A stretch of 40,000 bases of DNA from Marinobacter sediminum (GCF_016820575.1 NZ_JAEMQH010000002.1:1326933-1366932); one strand, 5' to 3'. Numbered from the stretch's first letter, positions 23,229-32,546 are shown. Notes: generated from the letters alone by a model not told the origin. Made by a program: numbers and translations.

Positions 23229-23500
23229 TTGTCCCAGTGGCTTGCAGGAATCCGCTTGACGTGGATATGGCTAACCAACCGGATGGTGGGGCGTATCAGA
23301 AACTGAAAGCTGCCGATGATAAATAGCCAGATGGCCGCTTTTTCATACTCGGGGAAAAGAAACAGGATACTGCCAACCAAAAACCAGATAGCGATAAAGA
23401 AATCGTTCACGATACTGATCACTTCGTACCGGCGGCGAATGATCAGCTCTTCGTGGCCAAACTTCAGTGTAAGCGGGCTATCGCTGCGGTCTTCAACCAT
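23225..23500 (-). CDS. YrhK-like small membrane protein
   Basis: The ATG at 23500 gives 91 aa. RRRYEVISIVNDFFIAIWFLVGSILFLFPEYEKAAIWLFIIGSFQFLIRPTIRL matches the YrhK-like pattern. Confidence 0.65.
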   Translation of the reverse strand: MVEDRSDSPLTLKFGHEELIIRRRYEVISIVNDFFIAIWFLVGSILFLFPEYEKAAIWLFIIGSFQFLIRPTIRLVSHIHVKRIPASHWDN

Positions 23501-23538
23501 GGCTCGTCCTGTTGCTGATGGCTGGGGGAAAGGGTTAT

Positions 23539-23562
23539 GTGGCGGAGGCTCGGCTCCGCCAC
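23539..23562 (-). terminator. stem-loop downstream of phhB (no U-tract)
   Basis: GTGGCGGAG-gctcgg-CTCCGCCAC forms a 9 bp stem. The following sequence is not T-rich, so terminator function is uncertain. Confidence 0.3.
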
Positions 23563-23571
23563 CGCAGATGG

Positions 23572-23916
23572 TTACATGTCGCGATAAGCCGCGTCGGTCT
23601 TCGCCGCCATGATGAAATCGTTGCGATGCAGGCCGCCGATGGCATGGGTCCACCAGCTGACGGTCACCTTGCCGTATTCCAGCAATATGGCGGGGTGATG
23701 GTCTTCCGCCTCGGCCAGGTCACCCACTTTGTTGGTGAAGGCCTGGGCCTGGGCGAAGTTCTTGAGCTTGAACACTTTGTGCAGCTGCTCTTCCCCATCG
23801 GTCTCAACAATCTTCCAGTCTGGGATGTCCTTATGCAGCGTTTGCTTCTCGTCGCTGGTTACCTTTGGCGCGTCTTTACGGCACGCCACGCAGTGCTGTT
23901 GGGTTAACTCGCTCAT
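23572..23916 (-). CDS. phhB: 4a-hydroxytetrahydrobiopterin (pterin-4-alpha-carbinolamine) dehydratase
   Basis: W......[62 protein letters not shown] is the PCD/DCoH signature. ATG at 23916 after GGGAG. Confidence 0.9.
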   Translation of the reverse strand: MSELTQQHCVACRKDAPKVTSDEKQTLHKDIPDWKIVETDGEEQLHKVFKLKNFAQAQAFTNKVGDLAEAEDHHPAILLEYGKVTVSWWTHAIGGLHRNDFIMAAKTDAAYRDM

Positions 23917-23982
23917 GACCAAACTCCCTGGTTGATGACTGTATTACTAGCGTGGGTGCCGGCACGGGTATTATCAACCCCG

Positions 23983-25287
23983 CTACCACTGCCCCACCAC
24001 AAACCCGAGTTTGTCCGGTAGCCACAGGGCAATGCCCGGTATCAGCATCACCAGCAGCAAGCTCACGCCCATGGCCGCAATGAACACCAGGGCCCAACCC
24101 AGGGTGTGTTCCAGTCGAATATTGGCTATGCGGGTAGTCACCATCAGGTTGACGGCCACCGGCGGTGTGAACTGGCCGATGGCAATGTTCATGGCCAGCA
24201 GGATGCCGAACCACACCGGGTTCCAGCCAAAGTGATTCATCAGTGGCAACACAATGGGAATCAGGATGAGGTAAATCGATACCGCATCCAGCAGCATGCC
24301 GGCAATCAGCACCAGCACCATCACCAGCCCCAGCAGTACCCAGCCGTTGTCAGACAGCGACAGCAAGGCATCGGCCAGATGCTGGAAGGTACCCAAGGTG
24401 GTTCCGGCCCAGGCAAAAATGCCGGCCAAAGCGATGATCAGCATTACCACGCCAGAGGTAACCGCGGCATCGGTAACGAGGTCAAACAGGTTCCGGATGC
24501 TCAGGTTGCGATACACCAGGCAGCCCACGATTACCCCATAAGTTACCGCCACCACGGCGGCCTCGGTGGGAGTAAACAACCCTGACCGCAGCCCGCCCAG
24601 AATGATCACCGGTGCGAACAGCGCGGGCAGCGCGGCCTTGAAGCTGGGCCAGAATGGCGGCCGCTCGGAGTCTTTCGGGTCTTCCCAGCGGTACTTGCGG
24701 GCCAGAAACAGTGCCGGTACCAGCAAAGACAACCCAGCCAGAATGCCCGGGAAGACACCGGCGGCAAACAGCGCACGCAGGTCCACGCCCGGCACCACGA
24801 TCGAGTAGAGAATCAACGCAATGGACGGCGGAATCAAAATGGCAGTGGAAGATGAAGCCGCAATCAGTGTTGCGGAGAACGGCTGCGGGTAACCGGCCTT
24901 GCGCATGCTCGGCAGCATCACCATGGCCACCGCGGCGGCGTCTGCTGGCCCGGAACCGCTCATGCCACCCATGATCAGGCAGACCAGAACGGCAACCACA
25001 GTTAATCCGCCATGGCGGGGCCCAATGATGGCCTGGGCAAAGCGCACCAGGCTGGCCGCCACCCCGGCCCGCTCGAAGATAAGACCGGTCAGGATGAACA
25101 GCGGAATTGCGATCAGGGGGTATTTGGCCACGCTGTTGTAGGTATTGGTGCCCAGCGTTGCCAGCATGTCCGGTGACAGGCCCGCCAGAATACCAACCAC
25201 GCCGCCCAGGCCAAGGGCGATCGCCACCGGCACGCCCAGTAAGAGCGCCAACAAGAAACTGCCGATCAGGAGCAGATCAGGACTCAT
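23983..25287 (-). CDS. dctM: TRAP transporter large permease subunit (DctM family)
   Basis: 434 aa polytopic. MSPDLLLIGSFLLALLLGVPVAIALGLGG..., GPRHGGLTVVAVLVCLIMGGMSGSGPADAAAV. ATG at 25287 after GGAGG; it overlaps dctQ by 11 nt. Confidence 0.9.
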   Translation of the reverse strand: MSPDLLLIGSFLLALLLGVPVAIALGLGGVVGILAGLSPDMLATLGTNTYNSVAKYPLIAIPLFILTGLIFERAGVAASLVRFAQAIIGPRHGGLTVVAVLVCLIMGGMSGSGPADAAAVAMVMLPSMRKAGYPQPFSATLIAASSSTAILIPPSIALILYSIVVPGVDLRALFAAGVFPGILAGLSLLVPALFLARKYRWEDPKDSERPPFWPSFKAALPALFAPVIILGGLRSGLFTPTEAAVVAVTYGVIVGCLVYRNLSIRNLFDLVTDAAVTSGVVMLIIALAGIFAWAGTTLGTFQHLADALLSLSDNGWVLLGLVMVLVLIAGMLLDAVSIYLILIPIVLPLMNHFGWNPVWFGILLAMNIAIGQFTPPVAVNLMVTTRIANIRLEHTLGWALVFIAAMGVSLLLVMLIPGIALWLPDKLGFVVGQW

Positions 25288-25771
25288 GGATAACCTCCGG
25301 ATCAACCTTGCCGCGCAGGCGATCAATGAGGTTCTGGGTCATCCGGATAATGATGGCAAGCGACAGCACCGGCAGCCAGATCACGTAAATCCAGTTCGGC
25401 AGTCCCAGCCCCGGCGACAGCGACTCCCACTGATACTCCTCAAGCGCAAACTTGCTGCCGTACCACACGGTGATGCCCAGCACGGTAACTCCGGCCAGCC
25501 ACTGCAGCACAAACACAACCTTCCTGAAGCGTGGTGGCAGGAAGTCTTCGATCAGCTCGATACGGATGTGCTGGTTATGGCGGGCGGCAACCGCGGCCCC
25601 GGCAAAAGTCAGCACCACCAGCAGGAACACGGAATACTCTTCGGTGAAGGCAAACGAGGCATCGGTGGCGTAGCGGACAATCACATTGCCCAAGCTGATG
25701 ACACAAATTCCAATCAAAGCCAGGGCGGCCAGCCAGGCGTCAGGCCTGAACTTCGGGGGGCGAGCAGACAT
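25277..25771 (-). CDS. dctQ: TRAP transporter small permease subunit (DctQ family)
   Basis: 164 aa with four hydrophobic helices, positioned between dctP and dctM. Confidence 0.85.
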   Translation of the reverse strand: MSARPPKFRPDAWLAALALIGICVISLGNVIVRYATDASFAFTEEYSVFLLVVLTFAGAAVAARHNQHIRIELIEDFLPPRFRKVVFVLQWLAGVTVLGITVWYGSKFALEEYQWESLSPGLGLPNWIYVIWLPVLSLAIIIRMTQNLIDRLRGKVDPEVIHES

Positions 25772-25792
25772 GAAAACTCCGGATTCAATAAC

Positions 25793-25816
25793 AGCACCCG
25801 CCAGCGGGCGGGTGCT
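25793..25816 (-). promoter_or_regulatory. intercistronic stem-loop between dctP and dctQ
   Basis: AGCACCCGCC-agcg-GGCGGGTGCT forms a perfect 10 bp stem. On the transcribed strand it is followed by GUUAUUG. This resembles the attenuating hairpins often found after binding-protein genes. Confidence 0.5.
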
Positions 25817-25832
25817 TTCACAGACAGCGCCT

Positions 25833-25856
25833 GGGGTTAGGGGTTAGGGGTAAGGG
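25833..25856 (+). repeat. telomere-like G-tract repeat (GGGGTTA GGGGTTA GGGGTAA GGG)
   Basis: Four G-runs of at least 3 separated by 3 nt loops sit on the + strand directly abutting the dctP stop codon (25858..25860). This satisfies the G3+N1-7 x4 quadruplex motif. Confidence 0.6.
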
Positions 25857-25857
25857 T

Positions 25858-26862
25858 TTAGCGGTTAGCCACGGCTTCCTGAGCCTGCTCAACCAGATCC
25901 TCACCAATGCGGTCGGTCCACTTGTCGTACACGGGGCGGGTTGCCTCAACAAAGGCAGCGTGTTGCTCCGGGGTCAGTTCAACCACCTGCACGCCACGCT
26001 CTTTGATGGCCGCCAGGGTCGCTTCCAGTTCACCACGGGATTTTTCGATCTCCCACTGGCCGGCATCAATGGCCGCCTGCTTGAGCAGGGCCTGGTCTTC
26101 CGGATTGAACTGGCTCCACACCCGGTTGCTCACCGCAAACACCAGGGGATCGGCCATGTAGTGCCACAGAGTAAGATGCTCCTGCCCAACCTGGTCGATA
26201 CGGGCAACGTCAAACACCGAAATTGGATTTTCCTGGCCATCCACAGCGCCGGTGGTCAGCGCAGGCTTGGCGTCGGCCCAGCTCATTTGGGTCGGGTTCG
26301 CGCCCAGTGTGGTGAAGGTATCCTGGAACAGCGGAGAGCCAACCACCCGGATTTTCAGACCCTCAACATCCGAGGGGCCGGTGATCTTGCGCTTGGAGTT
26401 AGACAGCTCGCGAAAGCCATTCTCGCCCCACGCCAGCGGGGTAACACCGCGCTTCTTGATTGCCTCGAAAATAGCCTCACCGGCCTCACCCTGGGTAATG
26501 GCATCGATGGCTTCGTAATCCGGCATCAGGAACGGCAGAGAAAACAGGTTCAGCTCCGGCACCTGGGGCGACCAGTTGATGGTGGAGCCAACCGCCATGT
26601 CGATCAGGCCCGAACGCATGGCGGAAAATTCCTTGGTCTGGTCCCCGGAAACCAGCTGGGAGTTGCTGTAAATCTTCATGTTGATACGCCCGTCTGAGCG
26701 CTCCCGCACCAGTTCAACCCATTTGTCGGCAGCCTGGCCCCACGGAAACGCAGACGGCAGGACGGTGGAAACGGTGTATTCATCCTTGTATTGGGCGGTC
26801 GCCGCAGCACTGAACAGCAGGGTTGCGGCTGTGGTAGCCAGGAGGATCCGGCGTTTCAACAT
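25858..26862 (-). CDS. dctP: TRAP transporter solute-binding subunit (DctP family)
   Basis: 334 aa with a signal peptide (MLKRRILLATTAATLLFSAAATA). YSNSQLVSGDQTKEFSAMRSGLIDMAV and the overall DctP pattern are present. Confidence 0.9.
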   Translation of the reverse strand: MLKRRILLATTAATLLFSAAATAQYKDEYTVSTVLPSAFPWGQAADKWVELVRERSDGRINMKIYSNSQLVSGDQTKEFSAMRSGLIDMAVGSTINWSPQVPELNLFSLPFLMPDYEAIDAITQGEAGEAIFEAIKKRGVTPLAWGENGFRELSNSKRKITGPSDVEGLKIRVVGSPLFQDTFTTLGANPTQMSWADAKPALTTGAVDGQENPISVFDVARIDQVGQEHLTLWHYMADPLVFAVSNRVWSQFNPEDQALLKQAAIDAGQWEIEKSRGELEATLAAIKERGVQVVELTPEQHAAFVEATRPVYDKWTDRIGEDLVEQAQEAVANR

Positions 26863-27051
26863 GTCTTTTTCCTTTTTATGGTTATGAATATCCAGCTGGT
26901 CACGCTGTAACAGCGTAAATCTACAGCACCAGCAGGCGATTATAGAAGGGGGTTTTAACGAGACGCAAAAATAAAAAGTCTATATAGAATATATGAAAAT
27001 CAGTTTTACAAATTACTCCTTCCTCCCCCCACTGTTCCCCTCACCCATGCC

Positions 27052-27080
27052 TTGAAATCTGCCCCTATTCAGAATACTGT
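27052..27080 (+). promoter_or_regulatory. putative imuA-imuB-dnaE2 promoter
   Basis: -35 TTGAAA (27052..27057), a 17 nt spacer, and -10 TACTGT (27075..27080) inside the LexA box. Confidence 0.5.
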
Positions 27081-27094
27081 ATATTTAAACAGTA
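27075..27094. promoter_or_regulatory. LexA (SOS) box upstream of imuA
   Basis: TACTGTATATTTAAACAGTA is a perfect CTGT-N8-ACAG palindrome, 17 nt upstream of the imuA ATG. Confidence 0.85.
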
Positions 27095-27110
27095 TTCTGA
27101 GATATTTCCC

Positions 27111-27800
27111 ATGAGCGAGCTTCTGAACACACTGATGCAAGATGCCCGTGTCTGGCAGGGGCACAAGCACCAGCAAACCACCCAACCGGCCGAGCCCACT
27201 GGCTACCAGGTGCTGGATAACCAGCTCGGTGGCATCGGCTGGCCCCGGGGTGCGCTGAGTGAATGCCTGCTGGATGCACCCGGCATTGGCGAGCTGCACC
27301 TGCTGCTGCCGTTAATGCAGCGGTTGTCCCACAACGGTAAAACCATATTCTGGCTGAATCCGCCGCACACACCCTATGCCCCGGCGCTGGCCCGGGAAGG
27401 CGTGAATCTGGATCAGGTGGTGATGATCCACACCGAAGAAGCCGGCGATTTCCTGTGGACCCTGGAAAACTGCCTGCGCTCGCCGGTGACCGGTCTGGTG
27501 ATGGCCTGGCCCGGCAAGCTGGCGTCCCGGGATATCCGGCGCCTGCAGCTAGCGGCAGAAGCCGGCAGCAACGTGTGCGTGCTCTTCCGCGAACGCCGCT
27601 ATGCCGAGCAGAATTCGCCCGCCGCCCTGCGCCTGGAACTGGAACCCGGCGACAACCAGGAGCTGAAGATCAACATCGTGAAACGCCGCGGCAGCTGGCC
27701 CGGCCAACGCTGTGCCCTGGCCATGGCGCACCGGGCCGATCTGGCCTTCCGCGAGGCGCCCCGCGTGGTTCAGGGCCCCTGGCCCACCTCTACCCGGTAA
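27111..27800 (+). CDS. imuA: translesion-synthesis-associated protein ImuA (SulA/RecA-like)
   Basis: 229 aa. LDNQLGGIGWPRGALSECLLDAPGIGELHLLLPLM is the typical ImuA core. It is the first gene of the LexA-controlled imuA-imuB-dnaE2 cassette. Confidence 0.85.
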   Translation: MSELLNTLMQDARVWQGHKHQQTTQPAEPTGYQVLDNQLGGIGWPRGALSECLLDAPGIGELHLLLPLMQRLSHNGKTIFWLNPPHTPYAPALAREGVNLDQVVMIHTEEAGDFLWTLENCLRSPVTGLVMAWPGKLASRDIRRLQLAAEAGSNVCVLFRERRYAEQNSPAALRLELEPGDNQELKINIVKRRGSWPGQRCALAMAHRADLAFREAPRVVQGPWPTSTR

Positions 27801-27807
27801 ATTCGCG

Positions 27808-29226
27808 ATGCTCTGGTTGTATCTGCACTTCCCGCACCTGCTGCTGGACCACATTCGCCGCACCCGCGAGGAAACCGGCGCGCTGGTGATTGTCGAGGGG
27901 TCCGGGCAAAAAGTGATACAGGCCTGCCCGGAAGCCCGGGACCAGGGCGTGCATGGCGGCATGCGCCTGAAAACCGCCATCAGCCTGGTGCCAGAGCTGG
28001 GCACCGTGCGTGCCGACCAGCAACAGGAAGCCCGCATTCTGGAAGATCAGGCCCGCTGGCTGTATCGCTACGCCGCCCACATTGTGCTGGTGCCACCGGA
28101 TGGCCTGATGGCGGAAATCGGCAGCCTGCAGCGGCTGTATGGCGGCCTGCCAGCGGCCTGGCAAACCGTGGAGCAGGCCCTGGACGAGCGGCAGCTCATC
28201 GCCTGGCCGGGCCTTGGCCACACGCCCCTGGCGGCCCGCCTGATTGCCCGTGCCGGCAAGGGTGAATGCACCGATGATAAGGGCCACATTCAACGCACCC
28301 TGGGCCAGATGCCGCTACTGGCGGCGGAGTTTGATGCCCGCACCTGTACCCGCCTGCAACGGCTGGGGCTGAACACCCTGGGGGAAGTCTTTGCCCTGCC
28401 GGCGGCCGAACTGGCGCGCCGGCTGTCCCCGGAAACCCTGGCCCGCGTCCAGAAAATCCAGGGCACCCGGCCTGACCCACAAGCGCCCTGGCAGCCGCCG
28501 CACCACTTTCGCCAGCAAGCGGATTTTGTGCAGGAAATCGAACAGTCCCAGGGGCTGCTGTTCCCGCTGCAGCGTATCCTGGCGGAACTGGAGGAAGACC
28601 TGTGCTGGCGCCAGCAGGAAACCGACAGCCTGTTGCTGGTGCTTCAACACCGGCACGAAGAACCCTCCCGCCTGCGCATCCGCACATCTGGCCCGGAGCA
28701 TCGGGCCGAGGCATTCCTGAATCTGGTTCGCCTGCGCTTTGAGCAGCACCCCTTACGGGCGCCGGTCATGTCGCTGCAGTTGTCGGTAAAACGCTTTTTA
28801 GGCCGGGAGGCAGACACCGGGCAGGATCTTCTCGGCGAATCCCAGGATCTGAACGAAGCCTGGCACACTCTGATGAGCCGGCTACAGGCCCGGCTGGGCG
28901 ACCAGGCCCTGCAACAGCTGTCGCCCCAGGCCGACCACCGCCCGGAACGGGCCTGGACTGCTTCCGGCGTTCAACGCAACAACCGGCCGGCGGCCACTAT
29001 GAATGACCAACTGCCGCGCCGCCCCCTGTGGTTACTGCAGGGGCCACAACCGCTCACGGAAGCGCCAACCGCCTGGTTTGCCGGCCCGGAACGGATAAGC
29101 GGGGGCTGGTGGGACGGCCAGCGGGTACACCGGGATTACTACATCGCCCAACTGCACAATGGCCAACTGGCCTGGGTGTTCCGGGATGTCCGCGACGGCT
29201 GGTTTGTGCATGGATGGTTTGGCTGA
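27808..29226 (+). CDS. imuB: Y-family polymerase-like protein ImuB
   Basis: MLWLYLHFPHLLLD... is the typical ImuB N-terminus. 472 aa. The stop overlaps the dnaE2 ATG (GCTGATG). Confidence 0.85.
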   Translation: MLWLYLHFPHLLLDHIRRTREETGALVIVEGSGQKVIQACPEARDQGVHGGMRLKTAISLVPELGTVRADQQQEARILEDQARWLYRYAAHIVLVPPDGLMAEIGSLQRLYGGLPAAWQTVEQALDERQLIAWPGLGHTPLAARLIARAGKGECTDDKGHIQRTLGQMPLLAAEFDARTCTRLQRLGLNTLGEVFALPAAELARRLSPETLARVQKIQGTRPDPQAPWQPPHHFRQQADFVQEIEQSQGLLFPLQRILAELEEDLCWRQQETDSLLLVLQHRHEEPSRLRIRTSGPEHRAEAFLNLVRLRFEQHPLRAPVMSLQLSVKRFLGREADTGQDLLGESQDLNEAWHTLMSRLQARLGDQALQQLSPQADHRPERAWTASGVQRNNRPAATMNDQLPRRPLWLLQGPQPLTEAPTAWFAGPERISGGWWDGQRVHRDYYIAQLHNGQLAWVFRDVRDGWFVHGWFG

Positions 29227-32200
29227 TGACGGAATCCGCCTACGCCGAGCTGTTCTGCTTCAGCAACTTCACTTTTCTGACCGGCGCCTCCCACCCCCAC
29301 GAATTGGCGGAGCGAGCGGCAGAGCTGGGCTATGCCGCCCTGGCCATCACCGATGCCTGTTCGGTGGCCGGTATTCCCCGGGCCTGGGCCGCCCTGAAAG
29401 ACAGCCCGGTGAAACTGATTACCGGCAGCTGGTTCGAACTGGACGATGCCCCACCCGGCGCCAGCCTGCCCCGGTTCATTTTGCTGGCCCGCACCCGCCG
29501 GGGCTATGGCCAGCTATGCCAGCTGATCACCACCGGCCGGCGCCGGGCGGAGAAAGGCCAGTACCAACTGTTGTTCCGAGACGTGGAAACCCACGAGCTG
29601 GATGACTGCCTGTGCCTGTGGTTACCGCCCACCCTGGCTGAAGCTAACGCCGACCAGGCCCTGGCCTGTGGCGAATGGCTGCAACGCCTGTTTGAGCCCA
29701 GGCTATGGCTTGCGGCGGCCCGCACCCTGGAATCGGGCGAGGAACAGCAACTGGCCCGGGCCCGCTGGCTGGCCGACCAGTTACGCTGCCCCATCACCGC
29801 CACCGGCGAGGTGCACATGCACAGCCGTGAACGCCAGCCGCTACAGGACGTACTCACCGCCCTGCGCAACCACACCAACCTGGAACAGGCCGGGCATTGC
29901 CTGTTCCAGAATGGCGAGCGCTACCTGCGCCCGGTACCGGTGCTGCAACGCCTGTTCCCGGACACCTGGCTGCGGGAAACCCGGCGGATTGCCGACCAGT
30001 GCACTTTCCAACCCGGCAGCCTGCGCTACGAATACCCGCCGGACCTGGTACCCGAAGCAGAAACCCCGGCCGGCTACCTGAAACGCCTGACCCGCGAAGG
30101 CGAACGCCGCCGCTACCCGGAGGGCACCCCGCTGACCGTGCAGGCGCTGATCCGCAAAGAGCTGGACCTGATCTCGGAGATGAAGTACGAGCACTACTTC
30201 CTCACCATTCACGACATCGTGGCCTTTGCCCGCAGCCAGGGCATTCTCTGCCAGGGCCGGGGGTCGGCCGCCAACTCGGCGGTCTGTTACTGCCTGGGCA
30301 TCACCGAAGTGAACCCGGCCCGGGTTGAACTGTTGTTCGAACGCTTTATTTCCAAGGATCGCAACGAGCCACCCGACATCGATGTGGACTTTGAACACGA
30401 ACGCCGGGAAGAAGTCATCCAGTACATCTACCGGCGCTACAGCCGGGAACGGGCGGCCCTGGCGGCCACGGTCATCCGCTATCGCCCCCGCAGCGCCATC
30501 CGCGATGTCGGCAAGGCTCTGGGTTTTGATCCGGCTCAGGTAGAGCAATTGCTGGAAGGCATCGACTGGCGCGACAAAGCCACCGGCTGGCGCCAGCAGG
30601 TACTCGACAAACGCCTGACCCGCAACCCCAAGGTAGCGGACCAGTTCTTTACCCTGGTGAATACCCTGCTCGGCTTTCCCCGCCACCTGTCCCAGCACGT
30701 GGGCGGCTTTGTCATCAGCTCCGGCCCGCTGGCCGAACTGGTGCCGGTGGAAAACGCCGCCATGGCTGACCGCACCGTGATCCAGTGGGACAAAGACGAT
30801 CTGGAAAGCCTGGGCCTGATGAAAGTCGACGTACTCGCCCTGGGCATGCTGTCCGCCATCCGCAAGGCGCTGGAGCTGATCAGTGATCAAAAGGGCCAAA
30901 CCTTCCAGATGCAGGACATCCCCCAGGAAGACCGCGCCACCTACGCCATGCTCCAGAAAGGCGACAGCATCGGCGTGTTCCAGGTGGAATCCCGCGCCCA
31001 GATCAACATGCTGCCGAGACTGAAACCGGAAACCTTTTACGACCTGGTGATCGAAGTCGCCATTGTCCGCCCCGGCCCGATTCAGGGTGACATGGTGCAC
31101 CCCTATCTGCGCCGCAAACACGGGCTGGAACCGGTGAACTACCCTAACGACGCCATCCGAAAAGTGCTGGAACGCACCCTGGGCGTACCCATCTTCCAGG
31201 AACAGGTGATCAAACTGGCCATGGTCGCCGCCGGCTTCTCCGCCGGCGAGGCCGACCAACTACGCCGGGCCATGGCGGCCTGGAAATCCCACGGCGATCT
31301 CACCCAGTTCCGGGAAAAACTCATCACCGGCATGCTCGAGCGCGGCCACGATGCCAACTTCGCCGAACGGTTGTATGAGCAAATCTGCGGCTTTGGCGGC
31401 TACGGCTTCCCGGAATCCCACTCCGCCAGCTTTGCGTTGCTGGTGTACGTCTCGGCCTGGATAAAATGCCACTACCCGGCTGCCTTCTACTGCGCCCTGC
31501 TCAACAGCCAACCCATGGGTTTTTACTCACCGTCACAACTGGTACAGGATGCCCGCCGCCATGGCGTTGCTGCATTGCCAATTGATGTTAACCACAGCCA
31601 ATGGGACCACACCCTGGAAGGCCCCGAACGCCAACTGCGCCTGGGCCTTCGACTAGTCCAGGGCCTATCCGCCAAAGGCGCCGAACGCCTGTGCCAACAG
31701 CGCCCGGCCCAGGGCTACCGCTCCACCAGCGAACTGCGCCAGCGCGCCAGCCTGAACCAGCGCGACATGGAACTGCTCGCCGGCGCCAACGCCATGCCCG
31801 GCTTCACAGACAACCGGCACCAGGCCTACTGGCAACTACTCGGCCACGAACAACCCGCCGAACTCTTCGCCGCCGAAGCGGCCGAAACCTACACGCAGGA
31901 AGCCTGCGAACAACTACCGGAGCCCACCGAAGGCCAGAACGTACTCGCCGATTACGCCAGCCAGGGCCTGACCCTGCAGCGCCATCCCCTTGCCCTACTC
32001 CGGGAACAAGGCCATTTGCAGTTCTGCCTGAGCGCCGAACAACTCCAGCAAACCGAGGCCGGCCGCCCAGTCCAGGTCGCCGGTCTGGTCACCGGCCGCC
32101 AACGCCCCGGCTCCGCCTCCGGCGTCACCTTCGTGACCCTGGAAGACGAAACCGGCAACGTGAACGTGGTGGTCTGGCTCGAAACCGCCCGCCGCCAGCG

Positions 32201-32345
32201 CAAACCGCTGCTAACTGCACGGCTGCTGCATGTGAAAGGGGTACTGGAAAGAGAGGGCAATATCATCCACGTGATGGCCGGAAAGCTGTCCGACCTGAGC
32301 CACTTGATTAAGACCCTCCCGGTCGACTCCCGGGATTTTCATTAG
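29226..32345 (+). CDS. dnaE2: error-prone DNA polymerase DnaE2 (ImuC)
   Basis: MTESAYAELFCFSNFTFLTGASHPHELAERAAELGYAALAITD forms a PHP domain, followed by the Pol III alpha core (GRGSAANSAVCYCLGIT, PDIDVDFEH) and a C-terminal OB fold. 1039 aa. Confidence 0.93.
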   Translation: MTESAYAELFCFSNFTFLTGASHPHELAERAAELGYAALAITDACSVAGIPRAWAALKDSPVKLITGSWFELDDAPPGASLPRFILLARTRRGYGQLCQLITTGRRRAEKGQYQLLFRDVETHELDDCLCLWLPPTLAEANADQALACGEWLQRLFEPRLWLAAARTLESGEEQQLARARWLADQLRCPITATGEVHMHSRERQPLQDVLTALRNHTNLEQAGHCLFQNGERYLRPVPVLQRLFPDTWLRETRRIADQCTFQPGSLRYEYPPDLVPEAETPAGYLKRLTREGERRRYPEGTPLTVQALIRKELDLISEMKYEHYFLTIHDIVAFARSQGILCQGRGSAANSAVCYCLGITEVNPARVELLFERFISKDRNEPPDIDVDFEHERREEVIQYIYRRYSRERAALAATVIRYRPRSAIRDVGKALGFDPAQVEQLLEGIDWRDKATGWRQQVLDKRLTRNPKVADQFFTLVNTLLGFPRHLSQHVGGFVISSGPLAELVPVENAAMADRTVIQWDKDDLESLGLMKVDVLALGMLSAIRKALELISDQKGQTFQMQDIPQEDRATYAMLQKGDSIGVFQVESRAQINMLPRLKPETFYDLVIEVAIVRPGPIQGDMVHPYLRRKHGLEPVNYPNDAIRKVLERTLGVPIFQEQVIKLAMVAAGFSAGEADQLRRAMAAWKSHGDLTQFREKLITGMLERGHDANFAERLYEQICGFGGYGFPESHSASFALLVYVSAWIKCHYPAAFYCALLNSQPMGFYSPSQLVQDARRHGVAALPIDVNHSQWDHTLEGPERQLRLGLRLVQGLSAKGAERLCQQRPAQGYRSTSELRQRASLNQRDMELLAGANAMPGFTDNRHQAYWQLLGHEQPAELFAAEAAETYTQEACEQLPEPTEGQNVLADYASQGLTLQRHPLALLREQGHLQFCLSAEQLQQTEAGRPVQVAGLVTGRQRPGSASGVTFVTLEDETGNVNVVVWLETARRQRKPLLTARLLHVKGVLEREGNIIHVMAGKLSDLSHLIKTLPVDSRDFH

Positions 32346-32375
32346 TTTTAGAAGCCTGAACCGTGGCTGCGAGCG

Positions 32376-32479
32376 CCTGTGTGGAAGCCCTTTTCAGGAA
32401 TGTTGGAGGCCATGGACGGCCGGAAACAAGCGCACATGGATGTGCTCGTAGCGGTTCCTGAAAAGGGCTTTCACACAGG
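32376..32479. repeat. 104 bp inverted-repeat element (25 bp arms, one mismatch)
   Basis: CCTGTGTGGAAGCCCTTTTCAGGAA (32376..32400) pairs with TTCCTGAAAAGGGCTTTCACACAGG (32455..32479). The 54 nt centre contains a second small palindrome, GCACATggATGTGC. Confidence 0.7.
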
Positions 32480-32515
32480 AGCCACCACCAAATTCGAAGC
32501 CAAGAAAAAGAAAAA

Positions 32516-32546
32516 CCCCGCTAAGCCAGAAGCCAAGCGGGGTTTT
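32516..32546. terminator. bidirectional rho-independent terminator (dnaE2 / oadB convergent)
   Basis: CCCCGCT-aagccagaagcca-AGCGGGG is followed by TTTT on the + strand and preceded by an A-run (T-run on the - strand). Confidence 0.7.

Noticed and set aside
26905-26925. The palindrome ACGCTGTAACAGCGT upstream of dctP as a LexA-like site.
   Set aside because: The CTGT and ACAG halves are separated by 1 nt, not 8, so it does not fit the LexA box. It may bind another regulator, but nothing supports a specific call.
29841-31259. A 472 aa ORF on the minus strand inside dnaE2, plus many other 70-250 aa ORFs antisense to dnaE2, imuB, the TRAP genes, oadAB and dbpA (for example 25145..25840, 25960..26697, 32642..33481, 34978..35739).
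   Set aside because: These are shadow frames typical of GC-rich coding DNA. Their translations are low-complexity (R/G/A/P/H-rich) with no motifs, and each is fully contained in a confidently assigned gene on the other strand.
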